A stretch of DNA of 64,000 bases, taken from contig NIVC01001067.1 of the NCBI GenBank assembly GCA_002269645.1, forward strand, positions 1-64,000, read 5' to 3'. Within the stretch, counting starts at the first letter, position 1; each line of letters opens with the position of its first letter. A program made the translations under genes and the position numbers. This stretch comes from Macrostomum lignano (lineage: Eukaryota). Shown piece by piece: positions 63,861-64,000 of this stretch. A model generated the notes under the pieces. The model was given only the letters and a program-made list of their open reading frames with translations, did no database searches and was not told where the DNA came from.

Positions 63861-64000
63861 GTTAGTGCTGTTCGTGTGCCTATTGTATCATTAATTTAGT
63901 CGTTGTTCATAAATTTTTTTGAGTGGTTGTGATCAGAATCGTCTATAGATGCTTTGAGAATGACCTCTAGATGCTTTAAGACTCGCCATTGGACGCTTTG

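Overview
Eukaryotic (invertebrate) genomic DNA, not prokaryotic. GC-rich, polyAla/polyGln-containing exons, ~85-100 nt minimal introns and many minisatellite-inflated introns resemble a Macrostomum-type flatworm; this is an inference, not a database result. Six intron-containing genes were reconstructed by phase-matched splicing. Minus strand: an ARHGAP45/29/GMIP-family F-BAR+RhoGAP (5' end and C-terminus unresolved), NUDCD1, and an FBXL2/FBXL20-type F-box LRR protein. Plus strand: SGTA, ARFRP1, and a sphingosine kinase that runs off the right edge. About one third of the window (my rough sum ~23 kb) is tandem repeat from roughly 30 arrays, and most long ORFs in the track are translations of these. 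Also present: a long-TIR mariner deletion derivative, a mariner transposase remnant, two non-autonomous DNA elements with 8-bp TSDs, and a tRNA-derived SINE. Most notable observations: (1) several long introns are a ~90-nt core plus a private minisatellite, in one case built from the 5' splice site itself; (2) a ~3-kb domain almost devoid of CpG in an otherwise CpG-rich window; (3) -1 frame shifts that restore natural-looking C-termini in SGTA and the RhoGAP (assembly error, decay or recoding); (4) inverted and palindromic repeat arrays in likely 3' UTRs. No clearly new multi-gene system is demonstrable from sequence alone.
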